A stretch of DNA of 64,000 nt from an uncultured virus (IMG/VR IMGVR_UViG_3300032233_002452) (Duplodnaviria > Heunggongvirae > Uroviricota > Caudoviricetes), in the IMG/VR virus record IMGVR_UViG_3300032233_002452, one strand, 5' to 3'. Below the pieces are notes generated by a model. The model had not been told where the DNA came from. It saw only the letters and a program-made list of their open reading frames with translations, and searched no databases. A program made the translations under genes and the position numbers. Below, piece after piece: positions 37,852 to 47,172 of this stretch. Numbering within the stretch: position 1 is the stretch's first letter; each line of letters begins with the position of its first letter.

Positions 37852-39801
37852 ATGGCATCAAATTTTTCAGATATTGTTAAGTATCAAAGAGCACAGGGAA
37901 GAGGAGTTTTAGGCTCACTCGGTTCTGCTATGGGTCAATCCACATTACAAAGGATGGATCCTAGAAATTACCTGTTCAATAGAAAGGGAGCAATGGCATC
38001 ATTGTTTCCTGGTCTAAAAGGATACCAAGCAAAAACAACATCTGATAAAATCTCTAGTGGCGGAAGTTCAGGTGGTTTTTCAACCGGTCAGGTTGAATTG
38101 ATAACAGAAAAACTTGACCAAGTAAGAACACAAACAGGCCTTGTTGCCAAAAATACATTGGTGTTACCATCTCTTGCAAGAGATTTCCACCTTGTAAAAC
38201 AAAACATCATTAAATTGGTGAAGTTACAAGGCGGCACACCAACAACAAAGGCTGGTGATTTCTTCTCACGCCAAATGGCAAGAGAATCTGCATATGAATC
38301 TAAATTTGGCAACAAACCCACACCAGTAGTAAAAACAGAACAGAAAAAAGAAGGTGGTTTCTTCTCAAACCTTTTTAGTGGTGGACTATCCGGTATTTTG
38401 AGTAATCTTGTTAGTACTCTCGTTAAGGGTGGTTTAATCGTTGGTGCTTTGGCAGCAATAGGTAAAGCTGTTGAGAAATTCTTTTCCGACCCCGACTTTA
38501 GAGAAAAAGTCTTTACTATGATTAAAGATTTCTTTTATTCCGATTTTGGTAAAGCTTTAATGATTGGCGTGGGTGTAGTGGTTGGCGTATTTGCAACTTT
38601 CAAACTCGCATTGTTGGCGCTCGAGGCCGCAGTTCTAATGGCAGCTAGAAAGATTGGTGCCCTCTCTGGTATTCCTGGAGGTGCAGGCGGAGGCGGAATA
38701 CCTACAGATACACCAGATAGTGATAGAAATAAACCTGGTCAAAAAGGTCCAACTAAAGATAAAAATGGTAGAACTTTACCACCAAGAGATGCAAAAGGAC
38801 GATTCACCAAATTACCTAAACCTGGAACAAGTTCTGTTGGTATAGGTAGAGCAGCTGGTATTGCGGCCATTCTTGGCCTATTAGTCGATTCAGTTTATAC
38901 ATCAGAAGATGATATTGCAATCATACGTGACTCAGGTTTTAGTAAATCTAAGATTTTTGAAAAACTGTCTGAGGAAGACCAATCTCAATATTTGGCCAAC
39001 GTTTATGACAAGAGCGTACTTGAAGAAGATTTGAAAAAGTTTCGTCAAGAATTAATGTCAAAATATAACATTAAAGAAACTGGCGCAATTCTACGTTGGA
39101 AAGAACGTTATGTCGAAACGCCTGCCGCAGCAACACCTGACTCACCAACACCTTACAACGCAGCTAAAGATAGTCAAGCAGCGAATTCACCTTCATCAAC
39201 TGCTACCTCAGCAGTCACCCAAATGAATGGCGCAAGCGGTACATTCAATGGTTTATCTCGAGCTCAACAAGATGCATTCTTAAATGCTCAGTATGAAAGA
39301 GAAGGTAATAAACCTGGAAATTTGGCATATGATTTAAATAATCCTGGTGCTATGTTATATGCCGATTGGCAAAAAGCTTATGGTGCTGTACCAAATAATG
39401 ATAGAGGTAAAGTATTTTCAAATGGCAAGAAAGTTCCTTTTGCTGAGTTTCCATCATTCGAACAAGGACGTGAAGCACAAAGAGCATTATGGTCTTCTAA
39501 GTATGGAAGCATGCCTCTATCTCAAGCAGTTGCCACTTGGTCGGGTACCAAAATCGGCACAGTAGAACATGCAAATTATACAAATGCATTGATGACGGCC
39601 GCAAATAATAGTGGCGCAAACCTCAACAATTCATCAGTTGCAATGGCAGATGGCAGAACAAACACTTCTGGTACTAATCAAACTGTGAACAATACACAAG
39701 TTGCTCAGGCAGCACCGGCATTTAAACCAATGGAAGTTCCTGATTTGAAAGTGTATGATTCCGATTTAGCTAAGTTCTTACTAGAACCAGTAGTTATATA
39801 A
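37852..39801 (+). CDS. Tape measure/hub gp29-like protein with possible C-terminal lytic domain
   Basis: Follows gp26-gp51; hydrophobic segments, RDAKGRF motif, NNPG..AEFPS.EQG lysozyme-like motif. Confidence 0.55.
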   Translation: MASNFSDIVKYQRAQGRGVLGSLGSAMGQSTLQRMDPRNYLFNRKGAMASLFPGLKGYQAKTTSDKISSGGSSGGFSTGQVELITEKLDQVRTQTGLVAKNTLVLPSLARDFHLVKQNIIKLVKLQGGTPTTKAGDFFSRQMARESAYESKFGNKPTPVVKTEQKKEGGFFSNLFSGGLSGILSNLVSTLVKGGLIVGALAAIGKAVEKFFSDPDFREKVFTMIKDFFYSDFGKALMIGVGVVVGVFATFKLALLALEAAVLMAARKIGALSGIPGGAGGGGIPTDTPDSDRNKPGQKGPTKDKNGRTLPPRDAKGRFTKLPKPGTSSVGIGRAAGIAAILGLLVDSVYTSEDDIAIIRDSGFSKSKIFEKLSEEDQSQYLANVYDKSVLEEDLKKFRQELMSKYNIKETGAILRWKERYVETPAAATPDSPTPYNAAKDSQAANSPSSTATSAVTQMNGASGTFNGLSRAQQDAFLNAQYEREGNKPGNLAYDLNNPGAMLYADWQKAYGAVPNNDRGKVFSNGKKVPFAEFPSFEQGREAQRALWSSKYGSMPLSQAVATWSGTKIGTVEHANYTNALMTAANNSGANLNNSSVAMADGRTNTSGTNQTVNNTQVAQAAPAFKPMEVPDLKVYDSDLAKFLLEPVVI

Positions 39802-39804
39802 AAG

Positions 39805-39830
39805 AAAACCCTGCCGAAGCAGGGTTTTTT
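39805..39830. terminator. Bidirectional rho-independent terminator
   Basis: AAAACCCTGC-CGAA-GCAGGGTTTTTT between convergent genes. Confidence 0.9.
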
Positions 39831-39846
39831 ATTGGGTGATTAGAAA

Positions 39847-40746
39847 TTAATCTTGGTCAGCCAAAGACTTGAAATAATTCATGTCATCATCTTCAGTAGC
39901 TGGGACAGTATCAATTACTGAAACGTCTTCATCTTTAAACTTGGCCAACACAGCATCTTCTGCCTTAGTTTTTAAGTTTACAGCAGCATTGCCATCGAAA
40001 CCTAGGACCTTGTCAAGGCGAGCCTTCAACTGGTCATAAGGTTTGAATTGTTTACGGTCTGTGAAATCTTTGAGTGAGTACTCTTTCTTCCACAAGTCTT
40101 CAAGTTTCTCATCATCACCATCAAACAAAGCGGTGATGGAATCAAATTCAGACTTATCGTAGTTACGATAACCTTCAACATTACGAATCTTCAACTTGAA
40201 GTTGGCACCTTCCCACATATCAAATGGGTTAGTTGGTTGCTCATCAGGGAACTCAGGGTTCATAGTCTCTGAAATTTTATCAAAGATTTTCTTACCAAAC
40301 TTGAACAGTTTGATTTTACCTTCATTCTCTGGATGTTTTGGGTCAGAGATGACCAAGATATTTGCGACATAGCTCAACTTACGTTTTTGCTTACGTGCGA
40401 TATCTTTGTTTGCTTCAATACCAGAATTCCATAGTGTATTGTTGTGTTCACAAACTGGACACTTCTCATTGAGAGTTGTCAAACAGTTATCAATGAACCA
40501 ACCACCAGGACCTTGGAACCCGTGAGAGAATGTTCGTGCCCATGGAAGAGCATCGTCACCATCTACGGAAGGAGCGGGAAGAAAACGGATGATTGCCATG
40601 CCGTTACCTGCCTTATCGACTTCTGGTTGCCAAAAACGTGTATCGTCTTTAGAACCTGCTTCGGCAGTTTGCGTTGTTTGTTCCAATGCTTTGGTCAGTT
40701 TGTCCAAAGAAGAACGGTTACGCTTAAGATTTGCAAATGAACTCAT
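39847..40746 (-). CDS. gp32: Single-stranded DNA-binding protein
   Basis: DKAGNG.A.IRFLPA, NCLTTL..KCPVCE, KFGKKIFDKI, GANFKLKIR, acidic tail. Confidence 0.95.
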   Translation of the reverse strand: MSSFANLKRNRSSLDKLTKALEQTTQTAEAGSKDDTRFWQPEVDKAGNGMAIIRFLPAPSVDGDDALPWARTFSHGFQGPGGWFIDNCLTTLNEKCPVCEHNNTLWNSGIEANKDIARKQKRKLSYVANILVISDPKHPENEGKIKLFKFGKKIFDKISETMNPEFPDEQPTNPFDMWEGANFKLKIRNVEGYRNYDKSEFDSITALFDGDDEKLEDLWKKEYSLKDFTDRKQFKPYDQLKARLDKVLGFDGNAAVNLKTKAEDAVLAKFKDEDVSVIDTVPATEDDDMNYFKSLADQD

Positions 40747-40801
40747 ATATTACCTCGTATTAAATGTATGTTTTGTATAACGTCTTATCCACAGTATGCA
40801 T

Positions 40802-40830
40802 AGTATATCATGTATTTATGCTTCTGTCAA
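40802..40830 (-). promoter_or_regulatory. Sigma70-type promoter with embedded late motif for gp32
   Basis: TTGACA-17-TATACT, with TAAATA at 40813-40818 in the spacer. Confidence 0.75.
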
Positions 40831-41304
40831 GTAGAATCTCAGTAACTTTTTACATTCACCGAAATCCTTGTAAAGAATGCCTGTACCGCCTGCTTTGACA
40901 AATGATTCAATCACATCAGGGGTATCGTCAATCATTACATAGTCTGGTTGAGCATACTTCGCCTTGTTACGGCGACCTGCAACCACGTTAATCTTATAAG
41001 GAATGCCGTGATTACATAACCAAACTGTTTTCTGTGCCGCAACATCATCATGTCTGGCATTGCCGCCACTTGATGTTAGAATTTCAATCGGCACATGTAA
41101 CGTAGCCAGAAAACTAAGAAGATTCTCAGCATCAGGCCAGTACTCTAGTGTTTCAAACTGTTTCGTTTCAATGAAGTCGTGCCAGTTTGTATTCCATTCT
41201 TTTCGGTCACGTTGAGAACCTGGTAATTCACCATAACGTTCTGTGTACCGTTTTTCAAAGTTGGCAATTACGCCATCCATATCCAAATAAATTTTACTAA
41301 TCAT
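40816..41304 (-). CDS. HAD-family 5'(3')-deoxyribonucleotidase-like protein
   Basis: IYLDMDGVIANF, ILTS, K..W, MIDD; start at MISKI. Confidence 0.8.
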   Translation of the reverse strand: MISKIYLDMDGVIANFEKRYTERYGELPGSQRDRKEWNTNWHDFIETKQFETLEYWPDAENLLSFLATLHVPIEILTSSGGNARHDDVAAQKTVWLCNHGIPYKINVVAGRRNKAKYAQPDYVMIDDTPDVIESFVKAGGTGILYKDFGECKKLLRFYLTEA

Positions 41305-41305
41305 A

Positions 41306-41548
41306 TCAATATCCAGGTGCGCTATAATCCGTGGTCTTTGTGTAGATAGCAAATCCATCTGCACCGATTTGTGGACAAACCATAATCGTCTTAGGTAGAC
41401 CCATGTTATCTTTCTCACCAGATTCACCGCAGATAAAAAACAATCCAGTCTTATCTGCCGTTGCGTGTGCGAAAATCTTTTCCAATTTCACAACACGTTC
41501 TCTTAGTTGCCTAAGTTCACCCTCAAACGATTCAACTGCGTGATTCAT
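41306..41548 (-). CDS. Hypothetical protein
   Basis: 80 aa, coupled to gp59. Confidence 0.6.
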   Translation of the reverse strand: MNHAVESFEGELRQLRERVVKLEKIFAHATADKTGLFFICGESGEKDNMGLPKTIMVCPQIGADGFAIYTKTTDYSAPGY

Positions 41549-42132
41549 AATAATTCCTTAATCAAAATACCACGAAACTTATCCTTTTCAAACTCAATGA
41601 AAGGTGTATACTTTAACACCTTCCGATGAATCTCAGGATAACGAATCGTGTCCGTAATCTTTCTTTTCCACATCGGCAGAAAACCCATCAACGAATTCAG
41701 TATACACAAAGTTTCAATATGTGTAACCTTCTGTAGAGTCATTTTTAACAATACAGGATAGTCTCCGTCTGTCTTCAACAAATCGTTAGGGTCTTCAAAC
41801 AATTCTTTCAACTTTTGACAATCGGATTGAAACATATATCCCAACGATTGAATTACCTTCATACGTTCTTTATATCGAACAATGGCATCTTCTTGTAACA
41901 GGTCACCTGCCCAACAGTTATCATTATCGATAAAGTTGGAGATTAAAAACTCAATGTAATCTTGAGTTTCCTGTCGGCGAGAAAGTTTGTAAAAGTGGTA
42001 CTTATCTTTTCGTTTTTCGAACGAATCGATAGAAATATTGCTTTTACCATTGTACTTAAAATAGTCATAAGAATCCGTTGAGAAGTGTAGTTTTAGTGAA
42101 TTGTAAATACTAAATGCTTCATAACCAGTCAT
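41545..42132 (-). CDS. gp59: Helicase loader
   Basis: Y.SLKLHF..DSYDYFKYNGK, FEKRKDKY.FYKLS, KYTPF. Confidence 0.9.
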   Translation of the reverse strand: MTGYEAFSIYNSLKLHFSTDSYDYFKYNGKSNISIDSFEKRKDKYHFYKLSRRQETQDYIEFLISNFIDNDNCWAGDLLQEDAIVRYKERMKVIQSLGYMFQSDCQKLKELFEDPNDLLKTDGDYPVLLKMTLQKVTHIETLCILNSLMGFLPMWKRKITDTIRYPEIHRKVLKYTPFIEFEKDKFRGILIKELL

Positions 42133-42152
42133 AGTTCATATTATAACACATA

Positions 42153-42374
42153 TCAAATAGGAAGGCGGGCAGACTTAGGAAGCATGTTGCATTCCTGAGC
42201 ATCTAATTCAATCTTTGCCTTTAGATTGGCATTGACTAGACTAGAGGCAACTTCAATCTCCAAGCCCGTTGTTTTACAGTATTCAACAATTGCCTCAATA
42301 TGATTGTAGTCTGTTTCAGCAACCAATTTCTCAATTGCTTTGGCAAACTTCATCATTTCGTCTTTTGTCGGCAT
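42153..42374 (-). CDS. gp33: Late transcription co-activator
   Basis: F...IEKLV..T.YNHIEAIVEYC...LEIE...LKAKIE; adjacent to gp59. Confidence 0.85.
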   Translation of the reverse strand: MPTKDEMMKFAKAIEKLVAETDYNHIEAIVEYCKTTGLEIEVASSLVNANLKAKIELDAQECNMLPKSARLPI

Positions 42375-42694
42375 TATCGTACCTGCGTTCTGTTTGTGCC
42401 ACCGAAAGGACGAGAATACACAGTTTCTCCCTTGTCTGGTGATTCATAGATTCGTTGTTCTGTTTCTGTTTCCGATTCAGAAACTTCTTCGAGCATTGAG
42501 TTAACCGCATCATAATCTACCTCTTCAACAATATCAAGTTGTCCATCAAAATGAAATCCCGCACCTCGCAGGAATTGTTCAAACTCTGCCAAGATATCTG
42601 GCAAAGAAACGTTGTTGGTTTCAACTGTCACCTTACTATCAAGGGAATCATCCCAAGGATTTCGGTGTTCACAAATAAATGTCATATAGCTCAT
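42374..42694 (-). CDS. Hypothetical protein
   Basis: 106 aa, FEQFLRGAGF and IYESPDKGETVYSRPFG segments. Confidence 0.65.
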   Translation of the reverse strand: MSYMTFICEHRNPWDDSLDSKVTVETNNVSLPDILAEFEQFLRGAGFHFDGQLDIVEEVDYDAVNSMLEEVSESETETEQRIYESPDKGETVYSRPFGGTNRTQVR

Positions 42695-42701
42695 AATAAT
42701 C

Positions 42702-42974
42702 TCACTTCACAATGGTTTCGTATAGTTGTTCAAATTGTTCATGCGTGGCAACTTCTTCATCATAGTTTTGTTTATGATAAACTTTCACCAAACGAGAAAC
42801 AATTTTTTTAGGTAGTTTCAAGTCATTACAAATTTGCGTAACGGATTCTTTAATGTAATCCTTTTCGCCCTCCATTCGGGTCATTGAACCCGAACATTCA
42901 CGTAGAACCTTCAACAACTTTTCACGGTCTGCTGGGTTCGATATCTGATTAATTGCCAATTGCATTACTGCCAT
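42702..42974 (-). CDS. T4 DsbA-like double-stranded DNA-binding protein
   Basis: E.S.SMTR.E.EKD.IKE, L.KVYHKQ, LYE; near gp33/gp59 as in T4. Confidence 0.7.
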   Translation of the reverse strand: MAVMQLAINQISNPADREKLLKVLRECSGSMTRMEGEKDYIKESVTQICNDLKLPKKIVSRLVKVYHKQNYDEEVATHEQFEQLYETIVK

Positions 42975-42988
42975 AATATACTCCTAGG

Positions 42989-43225
42989 TTACTTTTTGTT
43001 TGTTATTTGGAATGTGTATGCAACACAAACCGCATCAACATGAGATGCATAAGAACATCGAATTGAAAGTGGGTCAATACCTTTTCCCATTGCCATTTCG
43101 ATGTTCTTCGACATTAATACACGTTCATTATAATGATAGATTGCTAAAGAAACAATTGCTGACACAAGAACAATCGTTATTGCGACAATTAGTTGCGTCA
43201 GATTACCTTTTAGTGATTCAATCAT
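42989..43225 (-). CDS. Small membrane protein
   Basis: One N-terminal hydrophobic helix. Confidence 0.6.
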   Translation of the reverse strand: MIESLKGNLTQLIVAITIVLVSAIVSLAIYHYNERVLMSKNIEMAMGKGIDPLSIRCSYASHVDAVCVAYTFQITNKK

Positions 43226-43785
43226 AATTTAATTTCCTTGTTATCGATGGTTATAAAATCTTTACTGCTCTTATAAAAAATGTGTCGACCAATCTTGGTA
43301 GTTTTGGGTAAACGCCAATCAGGATTAACATAGTCTGCATGATAAAACGTTGCACCTTTTGTGTGGTCTTCCATTCTCTCATAGTTCATAAAAACATAAA
43401 CAGCGAGATTACGTATATCATTATACAACGGATTGTGTTTGATAGTCAAGCGTTTTGAGGCAATAATGGGTTGACATACCCATGAGAATTGGCAAACACC
43501 TGCGGTCTTCTGATAAACTACACCACAAATATCATTGGCATAATTGCCTGATATCAATCTGTTTAATGTAACTAAGGCAACCGCAATTTGACCGTCTTTA
43601 GGTTCGCTGAGTGATTCAAAGTATATGTTTTCTGCTAAACAATCTATTTGTTTCTGTGCAGGTTTCGATAGAGAATAATAACTCACATTATCGAAAACAA
43701 ACTTATTTTCATTCTTAACGGTAAATGCTGCTGTTAGAAATGATAGTGCCAGTAAGACACCGATTAATATGGATTTACTTCGCAT
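43222..43785 (-). CDS. SleB-type cell wall hydrolase (Hydrolase_2) with signal/anchor
   Basis: CLAENIYFES, GQIAVA.VTLNR, ICGVVYQ, CQFSW, GATFYHADYV.P.W, IGRHIFY. Confidence 0.88.
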   Translation of the reverse strand: MRSKSILIGVLLALSFLTAAFTVKNENKFVFDNVSYYSLSKPAQKQIDCLAENIYFESLSEPKDGQIAVALVTLNRLISGNYANDICGVVYQKTAGVCQFSWVCQPIIASKRLTIKHNPLYNDIRNLAVYVFMNYERMEDHTKGATFYHADYVNPDWRLPKTTKIGRHIFYKSSKDFITIDNKEIKL

Positions 43786-43803
43786 ATTTTCCTCTCTGTG
43801 TGT

Positions 43804-43827
43804 AAAAAGGGAACTGTTAGTTCCCTT
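43804..43827 (-). terminator. Rho-independent terminator
   Basis: Minus strand AAGGGAACT-AAC-AGTTCCCTTTTT after 43833-44108. Confidence 0.7.
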
Positions 43828-43832
43828 GCCCA

Positions 43833-44108
43833 TCAGGACTTCTTAGAAACTTTTGGTATAGTTTCAGAGACAACATTAGACACAAAGCCATTCAAAGTTT
43901 GGGCTTTAGTGATAATGTCTTGTTCTGTGGGATAAGCCGGCATTGGTGGGTGGTCAGGTGGTGTGACGCCGGCATGTCTGGCAGATTCTATTTTAGTCTG
44001 CCAGTCGTTGGTGACTTGCTCTTTTTTGGTGTAGTAATCTTCTACAAGCATGTCTTTCGCCATTTTTAAAAGTTCTAGGCGAATCTCGAACGGACTCATA
44101 TTACTCAT
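43833..44108 (-). CDS. Conserved phage hypothetical protein
   Basis: PFEIRLELLKMAK...YPTE.DI..KA..LN.FVS; GGAG SD. Confidence 0.7.
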   Translation of the reverse strand: MSNMSPFEIRLELLKMAKDMLVEDYYTKKEQVTNDWQTKIESARHAGVTPPDHPPMPAYPTEQDIITKAQTLNGFVSNVVSETIPKVSKKS

Positions 44109-44180
44109 TTTTAACTCCTGTGTGTGTTATGTGTTACTAGACGTTAGTGTGTTTTGTCTAGTAAGCTTATTTAGTAAACT

Positions 44181-44891
44181 TTAATCCCATAGCGTTTGAT
44201 AATACTTACCAAACAATCTAACACCATTACTTACACGTTCTTGGTGCTCACGTAGACCTTCCCAATCAACTTGCGCTTCTTTCAGCCAACGCAATGGTTT
44301 AGAGGTCTTACCCTCATCTTCTGGATGTTTAGAGAAATCAATTTCACCATGTTCAATCCAGAATTTACCCTCACCTTTATCATCATCACAAAGTTGTTCA
44401 AACGTCCAAATCAATTCATTTAGGAACCAATCATAACGTTTATGAACATCAGGTCCTTCAGAGGTGTCTTCACGATAGAAATCAAAAGTTGATTGTGAAT
44501 CATAATCTTCTGTTTGTGTAAATCTTAGGTGTTCTGGTACATCTTCAAGTTCGATATAACCTGAACCATGTTTCACTTCTTTGAGTTGTTTCAACATCGG
44601 CAGAATTATTGGAGAGAGGGTATAGTCCATAGACCAAACATCCCAATAATCAATCTTAACATACTCTATCGGTGGATGAACCTTATTCAGTACCCATTGA
44701 ATTGCTTTTGATACAGGTTCAACTTTATCGGATAACTTTTCAACCCATTTTGGATGGTCGATGTTTTTGTCCTCAGGAATATATTCCTTACTACGAGAAC
44801 ATTTAGACCAATCTGTCCAAAAGAATGCATAATCTATTAGTGTGTAAGGACTAATCCAATGATTACGAGGTTTACTAAGATAAACTTTCAT
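44181..44891 (-). CDS. Hypothetical phage protein
   Basis: 236 aa; D.WSMD.TL..II.PML..L, LFGKYY..LWD; ATGA overlap with fabF. Confidence 0.7.
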   Translation of the reverse strand: MKVYLSKPRNHWISPYTLIDYAFFWTDWSKCSRSKEYIPEDKNIDHPKWVEKLSDKVEPVSKAIQWVLNKVHPPIEYVKIDYWDVWSMDYTLSPIILPMLKQLKEVKHGSGYIELEDVPEHLRFTQTEDYDSQSTFDFYREDTSEGPDVHKRYDWFLNELIWTFEQLCDDDKGEGKFWIEHGEIDFSKHPEDEGKTSKPLRWLKEAQVDWEGLREHQERVSNGVRLFGKYYQTLWD

Positions 44892-46063
44892 TTATATTTT
44901 CCAAATGCTAAAACAATATTTGTTCCACCGAATGCGAATGAACTGTTCAATACAACATCAATTTCTTTTTCAAACTTCTTAGTTGGCAAATAGATTCCTT
45001 CGGGAATATTTTTATCGGGATTGTCTAGGTGCCAATTTGGAATAATTGTATCACATTCTATAGTGGCAAGGCAAGCGATTGTTTCAATTGCACCCGCTGC
45101 ACCTAAAGTGTGCCCATGCAACGCTTTAGTTGACGATACCGGTGGAGAAAGATTACCAAAAACTTCTTTGATAGATTCCAATTCAATCATGTCACCAACT
45201 GGTGTCGATGTACCGTGAGCATTGATATAACTTACCCGTGTCTTTGATATATCTTTAAGTACCTTTTCAAGTACCATAATTTCACCTTCTTTATTCGGCT
45301 TAGTCATAGATTCGGAACTACATGAGAATCCAAAACCTAAAATCTCAGCATAAATCTTTGCACCACGATTTAGTGCATGTTCAAGTTCTTCAAGTATGAA
45401 TATTGCCGAACCTTCGGCGATAACGATACCACTTCTATCAGCAGAGAATGGTTTAGATGCCTTTGTAGGTTCTTTACTATCCTTAGCGATAGCATTCATT
45501 GCTCGCCATGTTGCGACAGATAATTCATTCAAACAAGATTCTGCACCACCAGCTGCAATAGTATCAACCTCACCGAGAGCGATATATCGATATGCTTCAC
45601 CGATAGCAACTGAAGCAGAAGAACATGCCGCTGAGTATGTGAAAACAGGACCTTTAATCTTCTCTTTGTATGCAATAAAGTTTGTTGCATTATTAGGCAT
45701 GGAACACACCAAGGCGGTAGGTCTAGTGCGTTTAATTCTCTTTAGGTCGGAATATGATTGTTCAAGTGCAAGAGCACCACCGCCATATCCAACACCCAAC
45801 ATAACGCCTTCAACATCGGTGCCAGAATCCTTGTGTGCTTGTTGATAAGCTGCCCACGCTAAACGTGAGAATCTATCTGTAACACTTAAATCGGTAGAGT
45901 CCATATTATCAACGTCAACCTTTACTCTCGCAAGGTTAACACCGAATGGTTCATAAAACTCTACACCAGATTCACCGTTAAACAAAGCTTTCTTCACTTC
46001 GTCATATGATGCACCAATTGGTGTTACACAACCAATTCCTGTAATTACAACTCTACGTTTCAT
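44888..46063 (-). CDS. fabF: Beta-ketoacyl-ACP synthase (FabF/FabB-type)
   Basis: RRVVITGIG, catalytic ACSS, INAHGTSTP.GD, STKALHGHTLGAAG, NSSFAFGG.N. Confidence 0.92.
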   Translation of the reverse strand: MKRRVVITGIGCVTPIGASYDEVKKALFNGESGVEFYEPFGVNLARVKVDVDNMDSTDLSVTDRFSRLAWAAYQQAHKDSGTDVEGVMLGVGYGGGALALEQSYSDLKRIKRTRPTALVCSMPNNATNFIAYKEKIKGPVFTYSAACSSASVAIGEAYRYIALGEVDTIAAGGAESCLNELSVATWRAMNAIAKDSKEPTKASKPFSADRSGIVIAEGSAIFILEELEHALNRGAKIYAEILGFGFSCSSESMTKPNKEGEIMVLEKVLKDISKTRVSYINAHGTSTPVGDMIELESIKEVFGNLSPPVSSTKALHGHTLGAAGAIETIACLATIECDTIIPNWHLDNPDKNIPEGIYLPTKKFEKEIDVVLNSSFAFGGTNIVLAFGKYK

Positions 46064-46811
46064 TTTTCTTAATCAATCTAATAAATTGAGCAGCGAGGTC
46101 GAACTCCCACCACTTCACCTTCTCATCGAAACGACCTGGATATTTGTGGTGATTATTGTGCCATTCACCACCGACCCAGCCGGCAAATAAATCATTCTTT
46201 GATGTGTCTGGAGTTTCAAAGTTTCGATATGTAAATCTATGACCAAGATGGCAAAACACATTTACATATCCAACGGCAAGAAACGCCAATGCAACACCAA
46301 CATTATATGTCAAAGCAAGTCTATAGTCAATAAGCAATAAGGCAATATAGAAGATACCAATAATCGCAATATACCAATCATGTGTAAATTTAATCCACTT
46401 ATCACGTAGACCATTTGCATACAGTAAACTGGCACCTTTCATATTCCAACGAAAGAACATTGTGTTAAATTTACCTTTTTCCGGATTATGCGGGTCTAAA
46501 TCGGTATCTGAATATCGATGATGCGTTCTGTGAGCAATCGTATATCCTACTGGTGAACCAAAAGTTACCAGACATGCTGAAAAGGTAATGAAGATGTGCC
46601 AGAATTTATTGAGTTTGTAAGAACCGTGTGAAAAATAACGGTGTAATCCTGCATGATGGCAGAAATGTAGTAGGAAAACGAACCAACCTAGAATCGCAAA
46701 CCAGTACCAAGTTTGATACTGCAAAAGCAAAACTGGCAATGCCATTGAAGCAAATGCCAGTTGTAACAGAATTATGTTTTGTGAATTTTTATCGTTGGCA
46801 CGAAATAACAT
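46053..46811 (-). CDS. Membrane-bound fatty acid desaturase (delta-9-like)
   Basis: His boxes HRYFSH, HRTHH..SDT..DPH.P, GEWHNNHH; WWEFD; hydrophobic helices; start set by TAATG overlap. Confidence 0.9.
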   Translation of the reverse strand: MLFRANDKNSQNIILLQLAFASMALPVLLLQYQTWYWFAILGWFVFLLHFCHHAGLHRYFSHGSYKLNKFWHIFITFSACLVTFGSPVGYTIAHRTHHRYSDTDLDPHNPEKGKFNTMFFRWNMKGASLLYANGLRDKWIKFTHDWYIAIIGIFYIALLLIDYRLALTYNVGVALAFLAVGYVNVFCHLGHRFTYRNFETPDTSKNDLFAGWVGGEWHNNHHKYPGRFDEKVKWWEFDLAAQFIRLIKKNET

Positions 46812-46903
46812 TAAAATGGCCATCCATAGGTTAGTATTTCAAGGGTTGATACAAACAGAACACTAAGAAGTATGTAAATCAAATCCTTCTTAGTCATCTT
46901 CAT
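46811..46903 (-). CDS. 30-aa single-pass membrane peptide
   Basis: Hand-translated MKMTKKDLIYILLSVLFVSTLEILTYGWPF; fills the ACP-desaturase gap; TAA overlaps desaturase ATG. Confidence 0.5.
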   Translation of the reverse strand: MKMTKKDLIYILLSVLFVSTLEILTYGWPF

Positions 46904-46907
46904 ATCA

Positions 46908-47171
46908 TCACTTGATTGAGTTGAGGTATCCTGCATATATTGAATCAAAGATATCTTTAAGATTTTTTGGAGCATCTGCATCGCCAAATTTGAATTTCAT
47001 TTCATCTTCAACGTCAAATAAAAATTCAAGTATTTGAAGAGAATCCAATTTCTCATTTAATTTCTGTAAGTCTTCCAATGGTGCTTCTTCATCAATTTCC
47101 ATCAAGTTAACATTAAACTTGGATTGGAACATATCTGACACTTGTTGTTTAAGGTCTTCTCTAGTTAGCAT
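46908..47171 (-). CDS. Acyl carrier protein
   Basis: Acidic 87 aa, LDSL phosphopantetheine site followed by ..LE....VEDE.K.KF. Confidence 0.85.
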   Translation of the reverse strand: MLTREDLKQQVSDMFQSKFNVNLMEIDEEAPLEDLQKLNEKLDSLQILEFLFDVEDEMKFKFGDADAPKNLKDIFDSIYAGYLNSIK

Positions 47172-47172
47172 A

